In this document: positions 47,975 to 57,435 of the stretch, one piece after another
How positions within the stretch are numbered: position 1 is the first letter of the stretch
Layout: each line of letters begins with the position of its first letter
NCBI GenBank assembly: GCA_946965045.2
Contig: OX337236.1
Coordinates: 3,162,001 to 3,226,000 of the forward strand
Source of the DNA: Epithemia pelagica
Lineage: Eukaryota > Protista > Bacillariophyta
Reading direction: 5' to 3'
DNA: 64,000 bases
Notes under the pieces: generated by a model
Databases searched by the model: none
Told to the model about the DNA's origin: nothing
Seen by the model: the letters and a program-made list of their open reading frames with translations, nothing else
Program-made: the position numbers and the translations under genes

Positions 47975-48960
47975 ATGACGGTCGGTATTATCATCATCGA
48001 AATAATGATTTTTTTTTTGGATCGGGACGTGGATTGCAGAAACATTGCTTTTATGTTGTTCCTGGATCTTGTCGAGTAATTGTGCGTAGGTGTTGTTGGT
48101 TTTTTTTTGGAAGCAGGAGCCTTTGTTGATTTGTCATTGGAGGAAGACGGAGTTGTTGGGGTGGGCTTGGTAGGTACAGGAATAGGAAGTTTTTCGATGG
48201 AAACTTGATCATGTGATAAGGCATGGTTTGTTTGTGATGGTAGCTCCAAAAGGGGGGAAATGTCCGAGAACATACACTCCAACTCTTTGAAATAGGGAGT
48301 TGTGCAATATGGAATGCACATACTTCCATTAGATTCTTCTTCCGCGCACGGGCATAAAATGAAACCATTGACAAAATACTGTGGAGATTGTGTACAACGT
48401 ATTCCAATAGAATTCTCCAACATCCAGGAAATGATGACGGCTTGTACCGAGACGGTAGGACAACTTCCTCTGATCCTTTTGGTGTTCAACATGCATTCAT
48501 GAAACACAGGGGACCGGTTTATCGTTAGCTTGGGTGTGCATTGTGTAATAAGTAGAAGATTGATGGCATGATCTGGTTCGAATGGTTCAAATTCATGTGC
48601 CGAATGATTGGGAACTTGTGGAGATGGTCCGACAAAAAAAGTTACGACAACGGATGCAATAATCTCAAGCATGTCTGGGTATCGTAATTCATATAATTGG
48701 CATGGGTGATTTGCCAATTCACCAGTGTTCTCTTCTTCGTGGAAAATGACAGCATTGTTCTGTATCAGCCATGCAATGGTTGCACGTTTCACGGATTGGA
48801 CCAGTTGTCTCCTGAGGAGGTCTTGGTGTGTTTGTTGTTTGATGTGGTTGTGCATGGCGTCGTTATAAGAGAGGTTTGATCGTAGAATGAACTTGAGGTT
48901 ACAGGTAGAATGGAAATGAATGAACGTGGGTGTAATAGGTTCGTCCATTTCTTCAGCCAT
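47926..48960 (-). CDS. Unknown hAT cargo ORF, probably the N-terminal half of the glycosylase fusion
   Basis: 344-codon ORF overlapping the glycosylase frame; a one-base shift in the T10 run (48009-48018) fuses the two frames without stops. Confidence 0.6.
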   Translation of the reverse strand: MAEEMDEPITPTFIHFHSTCNLKFILRSNLSYNDAMHNHIKQQTHQDLLRRQLVQSVKRATIAWLIQNNAVIFHEEENTGELANHPCQLYELRYPDMLEIIASVVVTFFVGPSPQVPNHSAHEFEPFEPDHAINLLLITQCTPKLTINRSPVFHECMLNTKRIRGSCPTVSVQAVIISWMLENSIGIRCTQSPQYFVNGFILCPCAEEESNGSMCIPYCTTPYFKELECMFSDISPLLELPSQTNHALSHDQVSIEKLPIPVPTKPTPTTPSSSNDKSTKAPASKKKPTTPTHNYSTRSRNNIKAMFLQSTSRSKKKIIISMMIIPTVICLVPLLNSNRFVVLI

Positions 48961-49477
48961 GGTTCGGTTGTAGGGGCATGGTGAAGGGGGTGATGAGATG
49001 ATTTGTTTGCTGCTGGGTGTGTAATGTGAAGTGTTGCTGCAGTGTGCAGTGACTCGGGCGGATGACCGCAGGAAGCATGTTCAGAACTACAAAAAGTATA
49101 CTTGGACTTCGTACTATAAAGTAGGTACTTTACTCAAAAAGTACCGAAGTATATGGGTAGTTTGTGGAAGGATTATAGTCCTTAAAGTGTAGTCCCTCCA
49201 TCTTATTGAGTGGACTATAGTACATACCCTAAGTACTTGTCGTCTTCTAGAAGGGACTTAAGTCTGACGCTGTAGTCCTATTAGTAGGCACTAGCAGACT
49301 ATAGTCTTTTAGATAAAGCGATTGTTGTGTCTGTAATGTACTATAGTTGTTAAGTATAGTCTTATGGGTATCAAGAGGGGATTGTGTATTCTCTAGTCTA
49401 GTCTACTAAAGTATTTCAGCAAACTTATAGTCCTGTAGTCTAGTCTCATGTGAAATGTGCGATACTTCACAGCCCTG

Positions 49478-50788
49478 GGACACCCGCTATATTTGTAACC
49501 ACGACCCCATTGGGCTTATTTCTGGTTGGCTGAGATGACTGTACCTCATTTTTCTACACTACCGAAAAAGACATAGGCACGTGTCAAAAAATTACTTAAA
49601 TCTAGCAATTTTTGAAGTCAGAGAAGCCATGCGCGGAGATTCGCCAAATGTATCGGATGCTGTATCGATGCACATACAACTGTATCCAGTCGTGTATCGG
49701 GGTTGTATCTAGTTGTACCGGGGGGCTTAGGTACTGTATCGATACAACGGATTTGTATCGGTTTTTGTATCGGGGGACTCGAGTCCTCTGTATCGGGTCT
49801 TCCGAACTTGTTGCGATTTGTATCGGGCTAATGTATCGAGCTCCCCGGTGCGAAATTTCACTGCGCTCCTACATACGAGCTCCACCGCACTGAAATTGCA
49901 CAAGCAGTAGCCCGTGCTTTTTTGGTCCCCACTGTTTTTTCTATAGTGATTCTAGTTTCGTAAGAAAACCACTACGGTCGTTTTGCACAGCATAACACCA
50001 CCATGGACGATAAAGACCGCTGCGCACCTCCAACGAAAGGTCCTAGTACTCCTCTGAACACCCAGGAGGCTTGATCTTCATGTGTACCGTGAAGGGTGAA
50101 AAGGGCGGCGTTAAGATATCTGTTTTCATGGACCTACGGCAAGATCTAGAAGACCTTCCATTTTTGGGTTGGAAGGAAACAACAAGAGGATCAAGATTGG
50201 AGTCCGATAATGGTGGAATGAACGAAGATTGCAGGGATGGACGACAAGTGGTGACAACGACAACAACAATCAACTACTCGCTGCCGCCGAACGAAACACT
50301 CGGCGACAAGGACAACACTCGGACAACAACAACCCCAATGCAACAATCAACGATCGAACATGCGTTTTGCGATGACGGTTTGTGCAGACTCATTTTTGTT
50401 GTAGTATCGGGGGTATTTTGTATCGGGGGTGTGTATCGGGGTTTCGTCGATTTGTATCGGCTGTATCGACCCCCTTGTATCGTTTGTATCGGGGTTGTAT
50501 CGGGTTGTATCGGGTTGTATCGTTTGTATCGGAATTTGTATCGTTTGTATCGGATGTTGTTTCGAACAGTTGTATCGTTTGTATCGGGTTGTATCGACCC
50601 TCGCCAAATGTGCCGATTCATGTATTTTCCTCTCTATGTATTCTAATTTACAGAAATATCAATATCGATAAGTATTTTGTTCTATTATAGTGTACCAAAA
50701 AGAAAATGAACTTGTCCGTCCTTCGCTCCTTTCGGTATATTCTGTTCAAGGTCCATTAGAGCTATGGTTACAAATATACCGGGTGTCC
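49478..50788. mobile_element. Harbinger-type MITE, 1311 bp, inserted in the terminal CTG of the hAT
   Basis: 24-bp TIR GGACACCCG(C/G)TATATTTGTAACCA (23/24 match); TSD CTG (49475-49477, 50789-50791); TGTATCG arrays at about 49650-49840 and 50400-50612. Confidence 0.9.
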
Positions 50789-51039
50789 CTGCCTGGGACA
50801 CCCGGCATTTTGGTTCCCCCAGAATGACTTTACCTAAACTCCTATTGGGTAGCTAGGGCTGATCGCTAATTTTGCTAGGGCTAGCTATATTATTTTATGC
50901 ACAATAGGGTTCGGGTCAAAGACACATGTTCAAGACCAAACAAATTATTGTTAATTATTAGTTTTCTTATGTCGCATATGAGTCTTGTATTATGATGATC
51001 GCTAAATCTTTCCATTTTGAGTCGTGTTGGTTTCGGGTT

Positions 51040-51213
51040 GGTCCCGATTTTAACGTCTGGTTTCGACTTGGTGTCCAGTGGTTTCGACTTGGTGTCCAGT
51101 GGTTTCGACTTGGTGTCCAGTGGTTTCGAGTTGGTTTTGACGTTGGTTTCGACGTTGGTTTCGACGTTGGTTTCGACGTTGGTTTCGAGTTGGTTTCGAG
51201 TTGGTTTCGACTT
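51040..51213 (+). repeat. Subterminal array of 11-bp GGTTTCGA(C/G)TT-type units, left
   Basis: Direct reading; a same-strand twin lies at 55405-55578. Confidence 0.9.
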
Positions 51214-51419
51214 CTCGCGAACGCAATAATCAACCATCTCTTGCAACATCGCTTCTGGCGACGAAAGGAGTTGTAAAAGCGAGCGAGAGGGTGCTCACTT
51301 TGTCTTGGCGACAAGAGGAGTGGTAAAAAAGCGAGTGAGAGCGTGATTTGTTCGGCAGGAGTTCAGACTCAAAAAACTACAGGAGGAAAGAAGTGACAAG
51401 ACGAAGTGGCAAGACGAAC

Positions 51420-51887
51420 ATGACCGAGAACAACAAGAAATCCTCCAACCTACCGCCCATCAACGAGAGGAAAGGGGCGAGAATCAAGATTGTGGTGGGG
51501 ACCTACAAGGGGCTACGAGCATGGGTTGACACGGCAAAGGAGTGCACCCGCTACTACACCCCTGTAATCATCCAAGTCAAGTCGAATCCGACGGTGTTGA
51601 AGGCGACGAGAATTCAACACACAAGTTTTGTGATGGAGGCCCAGGTTCAGACACCATCGAACAAAGAAGAGGCCATGATCTTCGAAAATGCTGATATGTT
51701 GGAGATGTTTACTGTGCTGACGAGGAAAATGGCAGAGTTTGAGGAAATCTCTGCATCAGGAGAAGGTGGAAAGCGCATCGCAACACTATTTCTTAAATTT
51801 CTGAACACAGCAATTTCCGAACAGAATGCCTTACCCAACGAAAAGGCCCGCTGGCGCCGAATCAAATTCAATGGTGGAAGCCGTTAG
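51420..51887 (+). CDS. Harbinger accessory ORF A (155 aa), KOW-like N-terminus
   Basis: Intact ORF from MTENN; KGARIKIVVGTYKGLRAWV resembles a KOW motif; lies inside the TIRs. Confidence 0.6.
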   Translation: MTENNKKSSNLPPINERKGARIKIVVGTYKGLRAWVDTAKECTRYYTPVIIQVKSNPTVLKATRIQHTSFVMEAQVQTPSNKEEAMIFENADMLEMFTVLTRKMAEFEEISASGEGGKRIATLFLKFLNTAISEQNALPNEKARWRRIKFNGGSR

Positions 51888-51968
51888 TATAGAGCCACAA
51901 TAACCACTAGTGCATTTCAGACAAAGAATTCGCTTTTACTATTATGTAGTCAATTACTAGATGTGTGC

Positions 51969-53437
51969 CTATTCGGAGAACATGTTCCTGGCCTCAGCCT
52001 CCTGAGTCTTTTGAGACTGCTTACCACCAATCTTTTGGCCACCAGAGATGGCAATGCGCCAATAAAGGGTCATGGCCAAGATATCTTTCCCAAACAGATT
52101 GACAGGGTGATCCTTCTTGAGCTTGAGGGGATTCTTGATCATTGGCACCACGTTGTCATCCTTCGAGAAAATCTTGTTGTCCAAGACAACGCCCGGGGAA
52201 AAAACAAAGAGCCAGAGCGCGACCTGGCGCCATTTTTCCTTCAAATCGTCAATCGCGACTTCAGTCGCACTGTGAGCCTTTAAAGTCGCGTCGCAATTCA
52301 CCTTCGAGTCCCTACCAATTCCTTCGTGGTAACGCTCAGTGTCGCGAACAAAAAATCCTGAGCGGGACCCTTGAACCGAATCAACCGTCCGTGCCACATC
52401 TCCTCATAGTCTCTGTCAGGGATTGTCGCCTCCCAAGCGTTCATATCCGGGCATGCGACATGCCTGCGAACATGGAATCCGTTGCGAGTGAAGAAGCCTT
52501 CGTGATTTATGCCCTGGACAAACTGCACGTCAAAGTCGCGGTGGCGCTCAGCATACTTGGAAATCGGCACAATCCAAGGATGTTGCACCGTGCCATTCTG
52601 TTTCACAAACCACGAAATCGGAATGAAGGGATGGCTAGGAGAAGAATTGGCGGCAGCGGACACCAAAGGTGACAGTTGGCCAAAGCGATGCTGCTGTTGG
52701 CCCGGGACGAAAGAACGGGCCATAGGGGGACGGGGAGGTGTATGGAACATCGCGGAAGCTTCGTGGTTGTTGTTCTGGTGACGGATGGCTGGCGGTGGAT
52801 GAGCCCTGGCTGCAGGTTTTGTGTCTTCATCTTCATCCAACAATCCAACTTGCTGGAAGTTATCTGAAAGCGAGGCCACGTCATCCTATGGAGGAGGAGG
52901 ATTGATGCCGTTGCTGTCAAACAGCATGGCATACGGGTCCTCGTGTTCTTCAACGATGATCTCTTCGCTGGTGGTGTGGGAGTTGGAGGCGGTGGACGAG
53001 TTGTCCGAGGGAGGGGCTTTGTTCTGCTTCATGTTCTTTGATGCTGCTGCAAACTCTGCAAACTCTGCCAAGCTGACTTTGCATGGTATCACGCCAAGCT
53101 TGTTCAGGTATGAGATGTGAGCCTTGATGCTCCGATTCTTGCACTTGGCCCAACGCTGTTGGACCTGTCGCCGAAGCGTCGATCCTTCGGCTCCGAAAAC
53201 TGACGGGTTTGAGTCGCATAGACTCCAAAGGTCGAAGGTGTCTCGAGTATTCCCCGAATGCTCAAATGAATCAAGAAGCCGTTTTGTGACGTCTTCGTTC
53301 AATCCACCGACAGCAGCTCGCTTCTTTCTCTTGGGATGCTCAGGGGCGGCAACAGGGGGATCGTCCTCAGCGTGAAACTGGTGATCCCAATCTTTCTCTT
53401 CCTGGATGGATGCTTGTTCTTGTTGTGAGCCTTCCAT
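51969..53437 (-). pseudogene. Harbinger accessory ORF B (about 490 codons) with an in-frame TAG (52886-52888) and a frameshift in a T6 run near 52350
   Basis: ORFs 52886-53437 and 52298-52879 are in frame across the TAG; one added T joins them to 51969-52397; globular segments such as LWSLCDSNPSVFGAEGSTLRRQVQQRW. Confidence 0.7.
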
Positions 53438-53837
53438 GTTGTTGGTTTTTTGGAGAGATGCTGCTACGGTCGAAAGAGAAACCGGACTGGCGCCAATCTA
53501 CTTCTACCAAGTTGGCCATCGTCACCATTGCACATGGTGGTTCACGGCCCATCACATTCATTAATGGATAACAATATTCTAGAGTTTGATTGACGCATTC
53601 ATATGTATTAGGATGTCTACTTAGATGCTGTCTTCCTTGTTTCTACTAACGAGTTGAGAACTCGTGAATTTGCTGGCGCGTGTTGGTCAATCTACCCACG
53701 GGTCCTCATCATCATTATCATGTGTCTTCAAGGGCTACGAGTGTGACACATTGGACTAGTGAGTGACCTTCCTGAATGCCGATGGAGTTCTGCTCCAACT
53801 TCAATCCATGCGTCACATTTTGCAACAATCAAAAAGA

Positions 53838-54758
53838 ATGACTCTTCAGCCGTCGGAAGTTCTTGAAAGGGGCCTACGGCTTCTGGATGTGGACAATGAT
53901 GGTACATTGGCATTGGAACGACGACGACTGAAGTTCAGAAAGCACTACGGGTCTCACCCGTTGGTGATTACTGCACAATGGTTTGACCTATGCCACGCAA
54001 CAGACGACAATGGAGAGCAACTACTTTCTACGAATGAGAAGAAGAGAGGGTTTAAGATGTTCATGGTTGCGCATTACTTTCTCTACAACTACACGAGAAA
54101 TAGTGAGCAACTTGCTGATCGCTTTCAAATGTGTGAGAGCTATGCTCGAGGTGAGCATCTGTGGGTGTGGATTCGAAAAATTGCGTTTCTCGAGAAAAAG
54201 GTAATTTTCTGGCCGAGAATTCTGGACAGCCCCACCTCGGAGGTCAATGCATTGTCCGTTGACGGTGTGGACAAAAAGACTTTTGAGCGCAAGCACAAGA
54301 CGCAGCTGCTTCCGTTTGATTGCGGGAATTGTTCGCACAAGCATGCTCACGGTGCTCTCAAATATCAGATTGTAATGGCCGCGCACCGACCGCGGTGTGT
54401 TCATATATATGGCCCTGTGCGTGGTGGAATGGGGGACAAGGAGATGCTTGAACGGTCTGGCGTCTTGGCACGACTCAAGCCGGGCAAATTGATCGTGGCT
54501 GATCGCGGTTACATCAAGAAGGAGTTCGGTGGGAAAATTTCCTGGCCCAATCCCCAAGAAGATTCCAAAGAAGCGAATAATCTCAAGAGCCGGATCCGTC
54601 TTCGGCATGAAAGTTTCAACGGGAAAATGGCTGCGTTTAGATGCCTCAAGCAAACGTGGAGGCACTCAGACGACAAACACGGCATTGCGTTTCGTGCAGT
54701 GGCTGTGACAGTCCAGTATGCACTCGATAATGGCACAAGTCTCCTATTTGAGCCATAG
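53838..54758 (+). CDS. PIF/Harbinger-type DDE transposase (DDE_Tnp_4-like), intact
   Basis: LSVDGVD (D), HKH...LKYQI, IVADRGY (D), RIRLRHESFNGKM (E); between matching TIRs. Confidence 0.9.
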   Translation: MTLQPSEVLERGLRLLDVDNDGTLALERRRLKFRKHYGSHPLVITAQWFDLCHATDDNGEQLLSTNEKKRGFKMFMVAHYFLYNYTRNSEQLADRFQMCESYARGEHLWVWIRKIAFLEKKVIFWPRILDSPTSEVNALSVDGVDKKTFERKHKTQLLPFDCGNCSHKHAHGALKYQIVMAAHRPRCVHIYGPVRGGMGDKEMLERSGVLARLKPGKLIVADRGYIKKEFGGKISWPNPQEDSKEANNLKSRIRLRHESFNGKMAAFRCLKQTWRHSDDKHGIAFRAVAVTVQYALDNGTSLLFEP

Positions 54759-54812
54759 ATTCATCCATAAATTCATTCTAGTTGAGAATTGGTTTTCTAC
54801 TATGTTTTATTT

Positions 54813-55404
54813 CTATGCTAGGATGCGTTTTGCGAGTTCTCGGCGTCGCATCAACTCGTCTATTGGAGAGATCGGAGGCAGATTGGCTTTCTGTTTGGCT
54901 TCCTCTTCCTTGAGCCGCAAGTAGTTGAAGAAGCGAACTCGTCTCACTTCTTGATAGATTCGAAACTTGAAGATTTCTGGCTTGAATTCCATGTAGGCAG
55001 GACGAGTCTTCCTCAGTGCCATGGGCTTCAAACTTGAGGTGGACGCCATTGGCCACGTCCATTCGGAGAAGGTACTTTGCTGGATGGATGTCAAAGACCA
55101 GCTCTCCACGGCAGTTTCGGTCCTTCCTCGGATGGACGCGACGGTCGACTTGTTGTGCCTTGTGGTCTCGTTCCATTAAGGCCTTCGCGTCGTTTGATTG
55201 TTTTCGGTGGTCCTTGAGCCTTTCCTTGAATTGATCGAACAGGACGTCTGCAAATTCTGGGAGTTTCTTGTAAAACTCAAAGAGGTGCGCAGCCGGAACA
55301 ACGTCCATGTTGTGAAGGAGACCACCCGGCTCGAGGTCTCTCACAAGAATGGCCCGTGCCGCACTAACACGCCAATCAACCCATCCGGAGCGTCGTGGTG
55401 GCAT
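54813..55404 (-). pseudogene. Harbinger accessory ORF C (about 196 aa, two internal helical repeats) with a +1 frameshift at 55030-55032; candidate DNA-binding partner
   Basis: W..S.A..IL..DL...F..F..RL is repeated as F..HPAK.LL..D...RP.Y..F....F..RIYQE; removing one T joins ORFs 54778-55479 and 54813-55109. Confidence 0.65.
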
Positions 55405-55578
55405 GGTTTCGGGTTGGTTTCGGGTTGGTTTCGGGTTGGTTTCGAGTTGGTTTCGAGTTGGTTTCGAGTTGGTGTCCACTTGTTTCCACTTGTTTCGAGT
55501 TGGTGTCCAGTGGTTTCGACTTGGTTTCGACGTGGTTTCGACTTGGTTTCGACGTGGTTTCGACTTGGTTTCGACGTT
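55405..55578 (+). repeat. Subterminal array of GGTTTCG(A/G)(C/G)TT units, right
   Basis: Direct reading; same orientation as the left array. Confidence 0.9.
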
Positions 55579-56238
55579 ACCTTAAAGCTACACGTGGCTC
55601 TGACATGGGGACTCGAAAACATTTCTTGTCTAAACCCTAATTTAACGTCAAAAATCAATTTTGATCTTATTTCAAGATCAAAACACTTAATTATCAATAA
55701 AGTCAACGGATATTGATGTTAAGTAGTGAACTTATTGTGTTGTAGGCGATCGCTAAATTCACACTGTACCAATTTAGAAGACTACCACGAAAGCGGAAAA
55801 GTCCAAGCTGCTACCAAAGTACCGGGTGTCCCTGAACCACACCTTTTTAGATCTCCCCGACGACAACGGCTCGGAACATATCACATGATGTGGGTGTGCG
55901 TGCATATGGAGTGGTTGGTGTTGCTGTCATGAAGTTTATGTGCGACTCGCTGCCCAACGTTTGACCGTACGCACGACTGACACTTTCGCTCAAAAGCTTC
56001 CACACGTAGTTGTCACAGCCACTCTCAATTCACAACCTCAGTTTCCTATGACAAAAAGGGACCATGACACTGTCTGGAAAGCGTGGACAGACACTACTCT
56101 GATGGAACGTGGCGCTGCTCACCCCATGCGACACAGTCCGTACCCATCAGCAATCCCAGCAGCCGCAAAAACGCATTGCAATATTTGCAATCTCTGCATT
56201 AGTCTCTCGCGATCCTCATAAATTCTTCAGTCAAAACC

Positions 56239-57435
56239 ATGCGCATGACAATGCAAGAACAAGCATGGCAGTCGGGCCTTGTCCTTCTCGATGAGAGAGA
56301 AGAATGGAATGACAACGACTGGCCTCCTCTTGAGGGTGGATGGCGCGAGCATCATGCCTCGGTCGTAATTGATCATCCCGATACGGATAACGCTAGCAAC
56401 AAGAGGGGGGAGACGGTCGTCGTGTTGGGCGGATATCAACAAGGCCAAGGCAATGTCAACTCCGTTCTTGCATTGAATTTGGCAGATTCCAACAAGCAGT
56501 GGCGAGAAGGGCCACCCATGAATCAGAAACGTTCTAACCACGCCGCGGTTGTGTGCAACGGAGGCATCTACGTGATGGGAGGGTACAGTAATGGTTCAAC
56601 TTTGGACTGTATGGAACGGATTGACTCTAATGATTTTAGTGCACTTGAGAGCCATTGGACGACATTGACATGTCGATTATCAACGCAACGATTTGGATGT
56701 TGTGCTGTTGCGGTCCACAATCGATATATTGTTGTTATGGGTGGCTACAATGGTCGTTATTTGTCTTCGGTGGATATCATTGATACCAGTACTCACACGG
56801 TCACTGCGGGACCAAGCATGACTGTTCCACGAGAATGGTGTGCCAGTGCGGTCATTGGTCACCGCATCTATGTCGTTGGAGGCCGAAAAGAGCACAACAG
56901 CCGACTTGACTCGGTGGAGTACATTGACTTTGCAATGCCTTGTGATAGTGAGAAGACAAAGGAGGAAACGGCTGCTACAGTAACTTCCTTCTCGTCCAGT
57001 TGGACCACTCATTCTGAGCTGGAGCTTCCCAATGCACGAAGTTCATGTGCAGTGGTTGCCGTGGGATCCTGTCTGGTGGTGGCGGGAGGACGAGGCAATT
57101 CAACCGTGGAAGTATTGGATACGAGCCGCAACCGCGTGTGGAATTTCCCATCACTTGGTAATCACTGTCTAGGCTGCAGTATAGTTACTGTTGCTCATCA
57201 AGTTGCCGTGATTGGTGGGTACGAGAATCCTACCTGTGCGACATTGCCACTACAGGACAAGAATTCGTGGTGTTTCCGTCGACTCTTTGACCACCATCCA
57301 AACGAATGGTACCAGTTCCGGGAAGGAATGGGTAACCGAGATGTGAATGCAACATCCTGCTCTGTCTTGACATGCATTCGTAAACGAGTCAGGACCAATA
57401 CATGTCATGGTGGTAAAGAGGAGGAGTGCACTTAA
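56239..57435 (+). CDS. Kelch-repeat protein, copy 5 (398 aa)
   Basis: Same Kelch motifs; the tail is nearly identical to copy 1; upstream 55930-56230 is the reverse complement of 6040-6320. Confidence 0.9.
   Translation: MRMTMQEQAWQSGLVLLDEREEWNDNDWPPLEGGWREHHASVVIDHPDTDNASNKRGETVVVLGGYQQGQGNVNSVLALNLADSNKQWREGPPMNQKRSNHAAVVCNGGIYVMGGYSNGSTLDCMERIDSNDFSALESHWTTLTCRLSTQRFGCCAVAVHNRYIVVMGGYNGRYLSSVDIIDTSTHTVTAGPSMTVPREWCASAVIGHRIYVVGGRKEHNSRLDSVEYIDFAMPCDSEKTKEETAATVTSFSSSWTTHSELELPNARSSCAVVAVGSCLVVAGGRGNSTVEVLDTSRNRVWNFPSLGNHCLGCSIVTVAHQVAVIGGYENPTCATLPLQDKNSWCFRRLFDHHPNEWYQFREGMGNRDVNATSCSVLTCIRKRVRTNTCHGGKEEECT

Larger units (their letters stand above)
42419..49477 (+). mobile_element. hAT DNA transposon, 7059 bp, carrying cargo gene(s)
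   Basis: Perfect 15-bp TIR CAGGGCTGTGAAGTA (42419-42433, 49463-49477); 8-bp TSD CCTGGGAC (42411-42418, 50792-50799, displaced by a later MITE); hAT transposase inside; AGTAC/AGTC-rich subterminal regions. Confidence 0.93.
50796..55831. mobile_element. PIF/Harbinger-type DNA transposon, 5036 bp, four genes
   Basis: 19-bp TIR GGACACCCGG(CAT/TAC)TTTGGT (17/19); CTG flanks (50793-50795, 55832-55834; original left flank 42412-42414); DDE transposase inside. Confidence 0.92.
40440..55858. mobile_element. Non-autonomous MULE/Foldback-like element; outer shell of the nest
   Basis: 10-bp TSD GACGACAACG at 40430-40439 and 55859-55868, present once in the paralogous empty site (CGTTGTCGTC, 12152-12161). 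Imperfect TIRs built of AA(C/T)CACACC sub-repeats (40449-40507 versus 42371-42414 plus 55835-55848). Confidence 0.75.

Noticed and set aside
42415-49481. A 4-bp GGAC TSD for the hAT
   Set aside because: The right-hand GGAC is the start of the MITE TIR; the true 8-bp TSD CCTGGGAC is at 50792-50799.
50274-50690. ORFs rich in IQ/YR/CI or VST/SKP (also 50890-51314, 55341-55706)
   Set aside because: Translations of the subterminal nucleotide repeat arrays.
51040-51213. Short repeat arrays (also 55405-55578, 49650-49840, 50400-50612) as CRISPR arrays
   Set aside because: Units of 7-11 bp are contiguous with no unique spacers, there are no cas genes, the context is eukaryotic, and they lie subterminally in TIR elements.
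40449-55848. Spy-type element with no TSD, inserted at AAAAA|TTTTT
   Set aside because: The A5/T5 tracts are part of the TIR; a 10-bp TSD lies just outside and is confirmed by the empty paralogous site.
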